NCBI GenBank assembly: GCA_902773025.1
Contig: CACYDC010000183.1
Span: 1-52,577, forward strand
Length of the DNA: 52,577 nt
Direction of reading: 5' to 3'
Source: an uncultured Ruminococcus sp.
Lineage (GTDB): Bacteria; Bacillota; Clostridia; Oscillospirales; Acutalibacteraceae
Shown: one piece after another, positions 1 through 10,511 of the stretch
Layout of the letters: every line of letters begins with the position of its first letter
Numbering within the stretch: the stretch's first letter is position 1
Made by a program: the position numbers and the translations under genes
The notes under the pieces: generated by a model
What the model saw: the letters and a program-made list of their open reading frames with translations, nothing else
Database searches by the model: none
What the model was told of the DNA's origin: nothing

Positions 1-193
1 CGGGTGTCCGGTGGACACCGCTGCGCAGCAGCAGCGCCGACCGAGCCGGCAGGCGAGACCCAGCGCCCCAACAAAAGCACCGGAAAGCGGAAACACTCAG
101 CGCTGCATCGGGCCTTGCTTTTTTCAGATTAATGGGTTAAAATAGTACTTACGATTGAAATAGTAAATTAAAAGAAAATCAGGGTGAAATATT

Positions 194-1318
194 ATGGAAA
201 AAATCAATTTTTCAGTACCGTGCCTTTTTGGTATAGAGGGAATATGCGCTGATGAGTTGAAAAGAATGGAAATTGAAAATGTCCGTGCAGAAAACGGCAG
301 AGTGCTGTTTGAGGGAGATATGCATACTCTTGCAAGGGTAAATCTCTGTTCACGTTATGCCGAAAGAGTGCATATTCTGCTCGCACAGTTCAGAGCGTTA
401 AGCTTCGAGGAATTGTTTCAGGGAGTAAAAAAAATACCGTGGGAGCAGTGGATAGGCAAAGATGAGGAATTTCCGGTAAAAGGACACAGTGTAAGCTCAA
501 AGCTTGCAAGTGTTCCGGATTGTCAGAAAATAATAAAGAAAGCAGTTGTAGGCAGACTTTCGGCAAAATACGGTAAAAGCTGGTTTGATGAAACCGGCAG
601 CCGTCATCAGATACAATTTTTGATCATGAAGGATCAGGTAAGCATTATGCTTGATACATCAGGTGAAGGTCTGCATAAAAGAGGATACAGACGAGATGCG
701 ACAGAAGCGCCGATAAAGGAGACACTTGCAGCAGCAATGGCTGATCTTTCTCATGTGCGTCCGTTCAGTACGGTGATAGATCCGTTTTGCGGATCGGGAA
801 CGATACTGATAGAGTCAGCGCTTAAGGCAATGAATATAGCGCCTGGAATAAGGAGGAGCTTTGCAGCGGAAAAATGGGAGGTCATACCATCTGAGGTATG
901 GTCTGTGGAGCGCGAGCGTTGTCTGGATCTCATTAAGCGCGATGCTGAATTTCAGGCTTATGGTTACGACATCGATCCGGCGGCAGTTGAGCTGACACTT
1001 GCAAATGCCAAGAAGGCAGGAGTGGAAAAACGTATTCATGCTGAAAGACGCGGGATTGCTGATTTTGATGCTGATTTTGAGAGAGCAGCTATAATATCTA
1101 ATCCTCCTTATGGAGAAAGACTGCTTGATATAGAACAGGCAAGAGAACTGTACAGAATAATGGGAAAGAAATTTTTTAAGCGGCCTGGTTACAGCTACAC
1201 TGTCATAAGTCCCGATGACAGTTTTGAAAACAGCTTCGGCCGGTCTGCAGATAAACGCAGAAAGCTATACAACGGTATGATTAAATGTCAGGTCTATATG
1301 TATTTCAAGAATAAATAA
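194..1318 (+). CDS. THUMP-domain class I SAM-dependent RNA methyltransferase (RlmL/YpsC-like)
   Basis: 374-aa ORF with SAM motif I DPFCGSGT and catalytic NPPYG motif behind an N-terminal THUMP-like region. Confidence 0.85.
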   Translation: MEKINFSVPCLFGIEGICADELKRMEIENVRAENGRVLFEGDMHTLARVNLCSRYAERVHILLAQFRALSFEELFQGVKKIPWEQWIGKDEEFPVKGHSVSSKLASVPDCQKIIKKAVVGRLSAKYGKSWFDETGSRHQIQFLIMKDQVSIMLDTSGEGLHKRGYRRDATEAPIKETLAAAMADLSHVRPFSTVIDPFCGSGTILIESALKAMNIAPGIRRSFAAEKWEVIPSEVWSVERERCLDLIKRDAEFQAYGYDIDPAAVELTLANAKKAGVEKRIHAERRGIADFDADFERAAIISNPPYGERLLDIEQARELYRIMGKKFFKRPGYSYTVISPDDSFENSFGRSADKRRKLYNGMIKCQVYMYFKNK

Positions 1319-1427
1319 TAGACTAAGTCGTATTATTATTTTCAAGTGATGTTTGTAATACTTTGAACTTTAGAGAATGGAAAAAGTGATTCTTGTTATT
1401 TCATGGAATCATGTACAGATATGAGGT

Positions 1428-1979
1428 ATGAAGTGTATGATTATCAAATGCGAAAGAATATCGCTTGAACCGCTTGCAGTAAAACATTACAGTACGGCAT
1501 ACGAGTATTCCACAGATATAGAAAATACACGGATGATGTGTTTCATGCCTTGTGATGACGGCAGTGAGGTGATGGATTATCTGAGTAAATGCGAAAAGCA
1601 GTGGAACAGTGATAAACCTGAATATCTCGATGCGGCAGTTATGCTTGACGATAAGCATATCGGAGCGGTAAGCGTAGAATTTCTTGAAAACGGAACAGTC
1701 GGAGAATTCGGCTGGATAATACATAAGAATTATTGGGGGAACGGATATGCCGTTGAAGCAGTCAGACATTTTATGAAATACTGTACCGAAAAATACGGTC
1801 TGAAAAAGTATATTGCTCATGCAGACAGTGAAAACACTGCGTCGAAAAGAGTTATGGAAAAGCTTGGAATGAGTCTTGTCAGTATAAGCACAGGAAGGAA
1901 AAACAGAAACAGTGATGAACTGCGCAATGAGTGTTTATATGAGATAAGTGCGCAGGATAAAAAACATGGTCGGGTATGA
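1428..1979 (+). CDS. GNAT family N-acetyltransferase (RimJ/RimL-like)
   Basis: 183-aa ORF with a GNAT core (WGNGYAVEA ... NTASKRVMEKLGM). The ATG at 1437 is the better-spaced alternative start after GAGG at 1423-1426. Confidence 0.75.
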   Translation: MKCMIIKCERISLEPLAVKHYSTAYEYSTDIENTRMMCFMPCDDGSEVMDYLSKCEKQWNSDKPEYLDAAVMLDDKHIGAVSVEFLENGTVGEFGWIIHKNYWGNGYAVEAVRHFMKYCTEKYGLKKYIAHADSENTASKRVMEKLGMSLVSISTGRKNRNSDELRNECLYEISAQDKKHGRV

Positions 1980-2007
1980 AACAACGCTAAAAAGGGGGAC
2001 GGTCCGG

Positions 2008-5000
2008 ATGGGTTTTGCACATCTTCATGTACATACTGTATACAGTCTTCTTGATGGGGCATGCAAGATCAAAGAATTGGTAAAAGCGGCTAAACAGCTT
2101 GGTCAGGAAAGTATAGCAATTACAGATCACGGTGTGATGTACGGTGTGATAGAATTCTATAAAGCGGCGAAGGAAGAAGGGATACATCCGGTCATAGGCT
2201 GTGAGGTATACGTTGCTCCGAGAGGACGTATGGACAGGTTCAGTGAAGCAGACAGAGAAAACAGACACCTTGTCCTTTTGTGCGAAAACAATACAGGATA
2301 CCGGAATCTAATGAAGCTTGTTTCACTTGCCTGGACTGAGGGATTTTACGGTAAACCTAGAGTCGATATGGAATTGCTCGAGAAATACCATGAAGGACTT
2401 ATAGCATTGTCTGCATGTCTTGCGGGGGAAATACCAAGGGCTTTGATGAATAATGATTATGAAGGAGCAAAGGCAAAGGCATTGCAGTATCAGAAGATAT
2501 TCGGCAGGGAAAACTATTATCTTGAATTGCAGGATCACGGTATACCGGAGCAGAAAAAAATAAATCCGATGATCGTACGTCTGTCCCGGGAGCTTGATAT
2601 ACCTCTTGCAGCGACCAACGACTGTCATTATATAAAAAAAGAGGACAGCAAAACACAAAAGGTACTGTTGTGCATACAAACGAACAAGACAGTAAATGAA
2701 CCTAATCCGATTGCATTTCCGACCGATGAATTCTATCTGAAGAGTGAGAGTGAAATGCGTGGGCTTTTTCCGGAAGTACCTCAGGCGATCGAAAACACAG
2801 CAATGATAGCCCGACGCTGCAATGTTGAAATAGAATTCGGGAAAACAAAGCTTCCGCGTTTTGATGTACCCGGAAATGAGGATCACTATAACTATTTCCG
2901 CAGGCTTTGTTATGATGGATTGTATAGATACTACGGTGAAAACCCGGATCAGAGTATAAAAGACCGTCTGGAGTACGAACTTGGTGTGGTATCACAGATG
3001 GGATATGTGGATTATTACCTGATAGTAGCCGATTATGTGAATTATGCGAAAAAACATGATATACCGGTGGGCGCAGGCAGAGGTTCCGGCGCAGGAAGTC
3101 TTGCGGCATACTGTATAGGTATTACAGAAATTGATCCGATCAGATATAACCTCTTGTTTGAAAGATTTCTTAATCCCGAAAGAGTGAGTATGCCGGATTT
3201 TGATATAGATTTCTGCACTGAGCGCAGGCAGGAGGTAATAGATTATGTTATAAGAAAATACGGTGCTGACCGTGTTGCACAGATAACAGCCTTCGGAACA
3301 ATGGCAGCAAAAGCGGCAGTGCGTGATGTAGGAAGGGCACTCGGGATACAATATGCATTATGTGACAGAGTTTCAAAAATGATACCGCGTGATATCGGGA
3401 TGACGCTGTCGCGGGCACTCGAAACTTCAAAAGAGCTGAAACAACTTTATGACGGTGACAGTACAGTGCGTGAACTTATAAATACTGCCATGAAGTTAGA
3501 GGGTATGCCGAGAAATACAACAACACACGCAGCAGGTGTAGTAATAACGGATAAGCCCGTATCAGAATATGTTCCGCTCGCAAAAAACGATGATATTACT
3601 GTTACACAGTTTACAATGACGGAACTGGATGAGCTGGGATTGCTTAAGATGGATTTTCTTGGGCTGCGCAACCTGACGGTCCTGAGCTATGCGGAAAAAA
3701 TGATACGCCGTCATGACAGCGGTTTTTCTATAAGGAATATACCCGATAATGATAAAGGTGTTCTTGAGATGTATGCAAGGGGAGATACCGAGGGAGTTTT
3801 TCAGTTTGAATCCAAAGGAATGAAAAATGTCCTGATACAGCTTCGGCCCGAAAGCATAGAGGATATTATTGCCGTTATTTCTCTGTATCGTCCTGGCCCT
3901 ATGGATTCCATACCAAGGTATATAAGTAATCGTCACCATCCCGAAAAGATCACATATAAGCATCCGCTTCTGAAACCGATCTTAGAGGTGACATACGGAT
4001 GTATAGTTTATCAGGAGCAGGTAATGCAGATATTCCGTTCACTTGCAGGCTATTCTCTCGGAAGGGCGGATATAGTGCGCCGCGCAATGGCGAAAAAGAA
4101 GAAAACCGTGATGGAGCAGGAAAAGCAAATATTTATTAACGGTCTGACTGACGAAAACGGGAATGTCATTGTTGAAGGCTGCATAAGAAGAGGAATAAGT
4201 GAGGAACTGGCAGTTGATATATTCTCCGAGATGGAAAGCTTTGCGTCATATGCATTTAATCGTGCCCACGCAGCGGCATATGCATATATTTCCTACCAGA
4301 CTGCTTATGTAAAATACTATTATCCCGGTGAATATCTCGCAGCCCTTCTGACAAGCGTGCTTGGTGACAGCGGAAAGGTCGCAGCATATACAGATGAATG
4401 TGCAAAGCATAATATAATAGTTCTGCCGCCGAATGTAAACGAAAGTGAACCGGGATTTACTGTCAGCGGAAATAAAATAAGGTTCGGACTTAAAGCTGTA
4501 AAAAGTATCGGCAGAGGGTTGATAGATAATATAACAGCAGAAAGACAGAACGGAAAGTTTGTATCATTTTACAATTTCTGCAGCAGAGTGTACGGCAGGG
4601 AGCTTAACAAGAGATCGCTTGAAAATCTGATAAAATGCGGAGCGCTTGACGGTCTTGGAGCTAACAGACGACAAATGCTTATGGCAATGACGTCTTTTCT
4701 GGAGCAGATAGCTGAGGAAAAGAAAATCAGTATGGAAGGACAGATGAGTCTGTTTGGCGATGGACTGACAACAGGAGGAGAACCGGTACTGCCGGAAGCG
4801 GGTGAGTTTTCTCAAAAAGAGCTTCTTAATATGGAACGTGAAACGGCAGGACTTTACCTGAGCGGACATCCTATGAGTGAATATGATGAAATAATCAAGG
4901 CTATGGAGTCCGATAAAATATGTGATATATTAAGCGATGAATCGAACGCATATCCCGATGGTCAGAAGATAGATATACTGTGCATGATATCAAATGTCAA

Positions 5001-5484
5001 AACAAAGATAACAAAGAATAATGCGCGGATGGCGTTTGCGGGTATAGAGGACAAATACGGAGCATTGGAAATGATAGTATTTCCGAAGGTATATGATGAA
5101 TACGGAGGAATGATACTGGAGGGGAATATTGTCAGAGTCGTTGGTGTAATAAGCAGACGAGATGATGAAGCGCCTCAGATAGTGTGCGATAAAGTATTGC
5201 CGGTTCCGGAAAATGCTGAGAATGCGAAGATGAGTCAGAAATCATCGGGAAATAATACTCCTCCGGGATTATACCTGAGAGTTCCGGACGAAAGCAGTAC
5301 AGAATACAAACGTGCTATGCAGGTGATTGATATTTTTGATGGGACAGTACCGCTGTTCATATATTTTGTCAGTAGTAAAAAACTATGGAGGACACCGCCG
5401 TCAATGTGGGTGGATGTAAATAAAGTTATGATTACAGAACTGAGAAAAAGAATAGGTGATGACAATGTTTCTCTTGTCAGATGA
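2008..5484 (+). CDS. dnaE: DNA polymerase III alpha subunit
   Basis: PHP domain start MGFAHLHVHTVYSLLDG, then conserved polymerase core and OB fold. Start moved to the ATG at 2008, behind RBS AAAGGGGGA at 1991-1999. Confidence 0.95.
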   Translation: MGFAHLHVHTVYSLLDGACKIKELVKAAKQLGQESIAITDHGVMYGVIEFYKAAKEEGIHPVIGCEVYVAPRGRMDRFSEADRENRHLVLLCENNTGYRNLMKLVSLAWTEGFYGKPRVDMELLEKYHEGLIALSACLAGEIPRALMNNDYEGAKAKALQYQKIFGRENYYLELQDHGIPEQKKINPMIVRLSRELDIPLAATNDCHYIKKEDSKTQKVLLCIQTNKTVNEPNPIAFPTDEFYLKSESEMRGLFPEVPQAIENTAMIARRCNVEIEFGKTKLPRFDVPGNEDHYNYFRRLCYDGLYRYYGENPDQSIKDRLEYELGVVSQMGYVDYYLIVADYVNYAKKHDIPVGAGRGSGAGSLAAYCIGITEIDPIRYNLLFERFLNPERVSMPDFDIDFCTERRQEVIDYVIRKYGADRVAQITAFGTMAAKAAVRDVGRALGIQYALCDRVSKMIPRDIGMTLSRALETSKELKQLYDGDSTVRELINTAMKLEGMPRNTTTHAAGVVITDKPVSEYVPLAKNDDITVTQFTMTELDELGLLKMDFLGLRNLTVLSYAEKMIRRHDSGFSIRNIPDNDKGVLEMYARGDTEGVFQFESKGMKNVLIQLRPESIEDIIAVISLYRPGPMDSIPRYISNRHHPEKITYKHPLLKPILEVTYGCIVYQEQVMQIFRSLAGYSLGRADIVRRAMAKKKKTVMEQEKQIFINGLTDENGNVIVEGCIRRGISEELAVDIFSEMESFASYAFNRAHAAAYAYISYQTAYVKYYYPGEYLAALLTSVLGDSGKVAAYTDECAKHNIIVLPPNVNESEPGFTVSGNKIRFGLKAVKSIGRGLIDNITAERQNGKFVSFYNFCSRVYGRELNKRSLENLIKCGALDGLGANRRQMLMAMTSFLEQIAEEKKISMEGQMSLFGDGLTTGGEPVLPEAGEFSQKELLNMERETAGLYLSGHPMSEYDEIIKAMESDKICDILSDESNAYPDGQKIDILCMISNVKTKITKNNARMAFAGIEDKYGALEMIVFPKVYDEYGGMILEGNIVRVVGVISRRDDEAPQIVCDKVLPVPENAENAKMSQKSSGNNTPPGLYLRVPDESSTEYKRAMQVIDIFDGTVPLFIYFVSSKKLWRTPPSMWVDVNKVMITELRKRIGDDNVSLVR

Positions 5485-5693
5485 CTTTTTGATAAAATAT
5501 AGAAATTAATCTTGATTATCATGCAAAATTTGTATATAATAGTAATGTATCATTGATATGGTAAGAATATATCTGATCATCGGAGGTGGTAATGCATGAG
5601 TTCTGACCCTTACAGTCAAAAGCTATATTGTTTAATTAAAAATGAGCACAATGCATTATTACCTGTGCTCTGTAAATGGAAAGGACGATCCCG

Positions 5694-6623
5694 ATGGTCA
5701 ATTACTATAAAACCGTTAATGGAAGGATCGAGGAAATACCAAATTATGAACCCGGCTGTTGGGTAAACTGTGTTTCCCCGGAGGATAATGAGGTTCAGTA
5801 TCTGCTTGATTTTTTCAATATTCCGCCGGAGCTTTTAAGATCCGCGCTTGATGAAGAGGAATCTGCGCATATAGACAGTGAGGATGATACAACCCTTATC
5901 ATAATTGACGTGCCGGTGGTGGAAAGAGTTTCAGGAAGTATTTCTTATTCGACAATGCCTATCGGTATAATGATAACGGAGAATAACGTAATTACTGTAG
6001 CACTGCGTGAAAGTACGATATTGACGGAGTTTTCTGAAGGTGTAGTGAGGAATGTAATGACTAATTTCAAAACGCATTTTGTTCTTCATATAATGCTGAG
6101 AATGGCATCAAAATATCTTCAGTATCTTAAACAGATAGATAAGATAAGCAACCGTATTGAAAGAAGTCTGCGCCGCAGTGCAAAAAATAAGGAGCTTGAA
6201 CAGCTGCTTGATGTTGAAAAATCGTTGGTATATTTTTCATCGTCGCTCAAATCCGATGAAATAACGCTTGAAAAAATAATGCGCGGGAGATACATAAAGC
6301 TTTATGAGGAAGATCAGGATCTCTTGGAGGATGTGCTGATAGAAGTAAAACAGGCTGTTGATATGGCAGCGATATATCTTAACATTCTTAACGGAACAAT
6401 GGATGTTTTTGCATCGATCATTTCAAATAACCTGAATATAGTAATGAAAATACAGGCATCACTTACATTGTTGGTATCTGTTCCTACGGTCATCTCCGGC
6501 ATATACGGAATGAATATAATAGGTGGTTTGCCGTTTGATCAGTTGTGGTGGTTCCCGATCGCAATATCGGCGGTATTGATGGTTATAATGTATATTATCC
6601 TCAAACGCAAGGATATGTTCTGA
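5694..6623 (+). CDS. corA: CorA family magnesium/cobalt transporter
   Basis: YGMN signature (GIYGMNIIG) between two C-terminal TM helices. An alternative start lies at 5676. Confidence 0.9.
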   Translation: MVNYYKTVNGRIEEIPNYEPGCWVNCVSPEDNEVQYLLDFFNIPPELLRSALDEEESAHIDSEDDTTLIIIDVPVVERVSGSISYSTMPIGIMITENNVITVALRESTILTEFSEGVVRNVMTNFKTHFVLHIMLRMASKYLQYLKQIDKISNRIERSLRRSAKNKELEQLLDVEKSLVYFSSSLKSDEITLEKIMRGRYIKLYEEDQDLLEDVLIEVKQAVDMAAIYLNILNGTMDVFASIISNNLNIVMKIQASLTLLVSVPTVISGIYGMNIIGGLPFDQLWWFPIAISAVLMVIMYIILKRKDMF

Positions 6624-6632
6624 ATAAAAAAC

Positions 6633-6667
6633 AGCCTTTCCTACGGGGAAGGCTTTAAAAGCTTTTT
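6633..6667 (+). terminator. Rho-independent terminator after corA
   Basis: AGCCTTTCC-TACG-GGGAAGGCT stem (9 bp including one G-T), followed by TTAAAAGCTTTTT. Confidence 0.6.
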
Positions 6668-6691
6668 AGGTTTGTGAAGGAAGTGATATCA

Positions 6692-7462
6692 ATGAATGAA
6701 GAAATACTTTTTCACCTTAATATTCCCAAAAAATATAGTTTTAAATATGCTGTTTTGCCGGGAGATCCGGGCAGGGTAGACAAGATAGCAGATTTTCTGG
6801 ATTATCCGGAATTAATAGCATTTAACCGTGAATTCCGTTCGGTTGCCGGAATGATATCAGGAGAAAGGGTTATAGTAACATCAACGGGGATAGGCGGACC
6901 TTCCGCAGCTATAGCGCTTGAAGAGCTTTCGCAGATAGGTTTGAAAACAGCTGTGCGTGTAGGAACGTGCGGAGGAATGCAGCAGGATATCATACCGGGT
7001 GATATAATTATCCCAACAGCAGCCGTCAGAATGGAGGGAACAACAAAGGAGTATGCACCGATAGAATACCCCGCTGCGGCTGATTATCAGGTACTTAAGG
7101 CACTTGTGGATACGGCCGGAGAAATGTCATTACGTGTACATACAGGTGTTGTACAGAGTAAGGATTCATTCTACGGACAGCATTCACCGCAGTCGATGCC
7201 AGTCGGCTATGAACTGGAGAATAAATGGGATGCCTGGAAAAGACTTGGTGTTTTAGCTTCGGAAATGGAGACAGCAGCCCTGTTTACGGTTGGTGCGGTA
7301 CGTGGAATACGTGTTGGTTGTGTTCTTCATGCATTATGGAATCAGGAACGTAAAAACAAGGGTATTAAAGACAGTGATGATTTTGATATGGATTCTGCGC
7401 TGAAAACTGCGATAGGGGCAATGAAAAAACTGATAAGACAGGAAGATGAAAATGTCAGATGA
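6692..7462 (+). CDS. udp: Uridine phosphorylase-like nucleoside phosphorylase (PNP/UDP family 1)
   Basis: Collinear with E. coli Udp as I recall it: LPGDPGRV, STGIGGPS, RVGTCG, SEMETAALF. Confidence 0.8.
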   Translation: MNEEILFHLNIPKKYSFKYAVLPGDPGRVDKIADFLDYPELIAFNREFRSVAGMISGERVIVTSTGIGGPSAAIALEELSQIGLKTAVRVGTCGGMQQDIIPGDIIIPTAAVRMEGTTKEYAPIEYPAAADYQVLKALVDTAGEMSLRVHTGVVQSKDSFYGQHSPQSMPVGYELENKWDAWKRLGVLASEMETAALFTVGAVRGIRVGCVLHALWNQERKNKGIKDSDDFDMDSALKTAIGAMKKLIRQEDENVR

Positions 7463-8399
7463 CAAAATCAGAATAGTAGCGGTAGCAGGACCAACAGCGT
7501 CAGGAAAAACAGCGTTGTCTGTACGTCTTGCAAAGTATTACAGCGGAGAAATAATTTCAGCGGATTCAATGCAGATATATAAAGGGATGTCTATTGCAAC
7601 TGCAAAGCCGACAAAGGATGAAATGCAGGGAATACCGCACCATCTTATGGATTTGCTTGAGCCGCGCGAAAGCTTTTCAGTATCACAGTATGTTAAACTT
7701 GCGCATGAAAAAGCAGCAGAAATAACAGCGCGGGGCAATCTGCCGATAATCTGCGGTGGAACCGGCTTGTATATGAGATCGTTTCTTGAAAATATAAGCT
7801 TTTCGGAGGAAGAAACTGATGAATCATTGAGAGCTGCGCTTATGGAACAATACCGTACCAGGGGAGGACAGGCAATGATCGAATATATACGTACATTCGA
7901 TCCGGAAACGGCTCAGAAGCTTTTGCCGTCAAATTCAAAGCGAATTATAAGAGCAATAGAGATATATAAGCTGACAGGAAAAACAATGTCCCGTCAGATA
8001 CTTGAGTCAAGGTCAGAGCCCTCACCTTATGATATTGCAGCAATAGGTATCACATATGCCGACAGACAAAAGCTGTATGACAGGATAAACAAACGTGTTG
8101 ATATAATGATGAAAAATGGTTTGTTGGAGGAAGCAGAAAGCTTTTACAAAAGTGAAATAGGAAATACTGCATCGGCTGCAATAGGTTATAAGGAGCTAAA
8201 ACCGTACCTTGACGGAGAAGTCAGTCTTGAACAGGCTGTTGACAAGCTTAAACAGGAAACAAGACATTATGCAAAACGTCAGCTGACATGGTTTAAAAGG
8301 GATAAATATATAAAATGGATAGAGGCAGATAAATGCAGTGATGTATATAACGAGGCAGTGAAAATAATAGACGAGTGCTTTTGCAAAGTGTCAGACTGA
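7446..8399 (+). CDS. miaA: tRNA dimethylallyltransferase
   Basis: P-loop GPTASGKT, SADSMQIYKGMSIATAKP, and the conserved YAKRQLTWF C-terminal motif. Confidence 0.92.
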   Translation: MKMSDDKIRIVAVAGPTASGKTALSVRLAKYYSGEIISADSMQIYKGMSIATAKPTKDEMQGIPHHLMDLLEPRESFSVSQYVKLAHEKAAEITARGNLPIICGGTGLYMRSFLENISFSEEETDESLRAALMEQYRTRGGQAMIEYIRTFDPETAQKLLPSNSKRIIRAIEIYKLTGKTMSRQILESRSEPSPYDIAAIGITYADRQKLYDRINKRVDIMMKNGLLEEAESFYKSEIGNTASAAIGYKELKPYLDGEVSLEQAVDKLKQETRHYAKRQLTWFKRDKYIKWIEADKCSDVYNEAVKIIDECFCKVSD

Positions 8400-8473
8400 G
8401 TTCTATATCAGGAAATAAATGATATGACTATTAAGACTGAATGGAATAACGCTAACAATTAGGAGTGGAGAAG

Positions 8474-9784
8474 ATGGAAAAAAGTGATAGAACGGTAATA
8501 ATAAAGAAAATCGCTATCGCTGTGATCACGCTTTTATTGATCGCTTATATCGTATCTGTAATCTTAAAAGCTAATTTTACTCAGATCAAAACCGAAACAG
8601 CAAATATAATGAATGTATCGGATGCTATTCCGGTGTCAGGATATTTTATACGTGATGAAAATCTGATAATAAACGATAATGACGGTTTTATTTCATATAA
8701 TGTGAATGATGGAGATAAAATAGCAAAGAACGAAGAGGTTGCAAGTGTATATAAGGATGAAAAAACAGCAGCTGATAAACAGATGATAGATAAGCTTGAA
8801 GCTCAGATAAGCAAACTGGAGCAGCTTGATAAAACAGGAGCAGCGATAACTGTCGCTCCGGATGATATAGACCGGAATATATCTTCAATGCTATCCGAAA
8901 TCAATAAATCAGTATCAAATGAAGATTTTGTAACAGCAGGGAAAGATACCGAAACAATGATTTATCATATAAATCAAAGACAGCTTGTAACAGAAAAAGT
9001 CAAGAATTTTTCATCGAAAATAACAGAGCTTCAAAGCAAGGTAAGCGAGCTGAAGAAGAATACATCTGCTATGTCGTGTAAAACAGTAAAATCAAACTAT
9101 ACAGGGTATTTTGTCAGCAGAGCAGACGGATATGAGGACTGCTATTCAACTTCTGATGTAAAAAATATATATCCGGGAGATCTGTCATCAGAAAAGATAA
9201 AGAAAAAAGCAGTGGCTGATAATGTAATAGGCAAAACTCTCGGGGGAGTGTATTGGTATATAGCCTGTGAAGTAAGTGCAGAAGAGGCACTCAAGATAAA
9301 GAATGCGGAATCATTGTGGGTGGATATACCTACGGTAAGCAGTTCGATAATATCAGTGGAGCTTGAATCTGTAAATCAGAAAACCCAGACGTCTGAAGCA
9401 GTGATAATACTCAAAGGAAATTATATGAATCCTGAGATGGCAAATGTACGCATGGAGGATATTTCGATAGTAGTAAATACGTTTAAGGGGATATACGTAC
9501 CCAAGTCGGCAGTTCATGAAAGACAGGTAAGGGAAACAACTTCGGACGAAAACGGAAATAAACAAACTGAATCCAAAACAGTCAAAGGTGTGTTTGTTCA
9601 GATAGGTAATGAGCTGCAATTCAAGCAGATCATAGTCATTTATACCGGAGAGGATTTTGTGGTATGCAAGAATTCACCGGATAAGGAGGAATGGATAACA
9701 CAAGAGTACGGAATTCTGAAAGCATATGATGATGTTGTGGTGGAAGGAGCAAATCTTTATGACGGAAAAATTATTAACAGATAA
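8474..9784 (+). CDS. HlyD-family-like membrane-anchored protein (N-terminal TM, coiled coil, beta-rich C-terminus)
   Basis: N-terminal TM helix IAIAVITLLLIAYIVSVIL, a long coiled-coil segment and a beta-barrel-like tail. RBS AGGAG at 8461-8465. Confidence 0.55.
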   Translation: MEKSDRTVIIKKIAIAVITLLLIAYIVSVILKANFTQIKTETANIMNVSDAIPVSGYFIRDENLIINDNDGFISYNVNDGDKIAKNEEVASVYKDEKTAADKQMIDKLEAQISKLEQLDKTGAAITVAPDDIDRNISSMLSEINKSVSNEDFVTAGKDTETMIYHINQRQLVTEKVKNFSSKITELQSKVSELKKNTSAMSCKTVKSNYTGYFVSRADGYEDCYSTSDVKNIYPGDLSSEKIKKKAVADNVIGKTLGGVYWYIACEVSAEEALKIKNAESLWVDIPTVSSSIISVELESVNQKTQTSEAVIILKGNYMNPEMANVRMEDISIVVNTFKGIYVPKSAVHERQVRETTSDENGNKQTESKTVKGVFVQIGNELQFKQIIVIYTGEDFVVCKNSPDKEEWITQEYGILKAYDDVVVEGANLYDGKIINR

Positions 9785-10493
9785 ACAGAAAAGATATGAT
9801 GATATAAAGGCAAATTATTTCGAAATTACCGAAAACATAGCAAAAGCGGCAGAGGAAAGCGGAAGGAAATCGGAGGAAATAACATTTTTAGCAGCAACAA
9901 AAACGGTTGAGCCCGAGTTTATTAATTATGCGATATCGCTCGGTTTGAAAAAAATCGGAGAAAACAGGGTACAGGAGCTGCTTTCCAAATATGAATCATA
10001 CGATCTGAAAAATGCAGATTTGCAGTTTATTGGTCATCTTCAGACAAACAAGGTACGCCAGATAATAGGGAAGGTTTCAATGATACAATCTGTTGACAGC
10101 CTTAAGCTTGCAAAAGAAATATCAAGACAGTCTGAGATGAATAAACTGACGACAGATGTACTTATTGAGGTCAATATCGGCAGAGAAGAAAACAAATCCG
10201 GAGTGATGGAAGAACAACTGGAGGAGCTGATAGGAGAAATAAGTCTTTTGAAGAATATTAAGGTACGCGGATTGATGTCTGTACCCCCGATATGTGATTC
10301 AAAACAAGAAATTTGCAAATTTTTTGATAAAATGTATAAAATCTTTATTGACATTTCGACAAAAAAATCGGATAATGTATATATGGACTATTTGTCAATG
10401 GGAATGTCCGAAGATTATAAAGAAGCAATTCTGTGCGGCGCAAATATGATAAGAGTCGGATCAGGACTTTTTGGTGCCAGAATATACAGATAA
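9759..10493 (+). CDS. yggS: YggS/YlmE family pyridoxal-phosphate homeostasis protein
   Basis: Conserved LLAATKT (PLP lysine), GHLQTNKV and SMGMSEDY motifs, in the expected position upstream of sepF. Confidence 0.9.
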   Translation: MTEKLLTDKQKRYDDIKANYFEITENIAKAAEESGRKSEEITFLAATKTVEPEFINYAISLGLKKIGENRVQELLSKYESYDLKNADLQFIGHLQTNKVRQIIGKVSMIQSVDSLKLAKEISRQSEMNKLTTDVLIEVNIGREENKSGVMEEQLEELIGEISLLKNIKVRGLMSVPPICDSKQEICKFFDKMYKIFIDISTKKSDNVYMDYLSMGMSEDYKEAILCGANMIRVGSGLFGARIYR

Positions 10494-10511
10494 TATCAGG
10501 AGGAAAATAAA

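Noticed and set aside
1948-2007. N-terminal extension of the dnaE ORF that overlaps the GNAT gene
   Set aside because: The conserved PHP domain begins at MGFAHLHVH. The ATG at 2008 has a good RBS (AAAGGGGGA), and the extension would overlap the upstream gene.
5485-5693. Possible M-box (Mg2+) riboswitch upstream of corA
   Set aside because: The ~190-nt spacer is AT-rich. It has only one short hairpin (GAGCACA...TGTGCTC) and none of the conserved M-box core sequence I recall. An Infernal search could confirm this.
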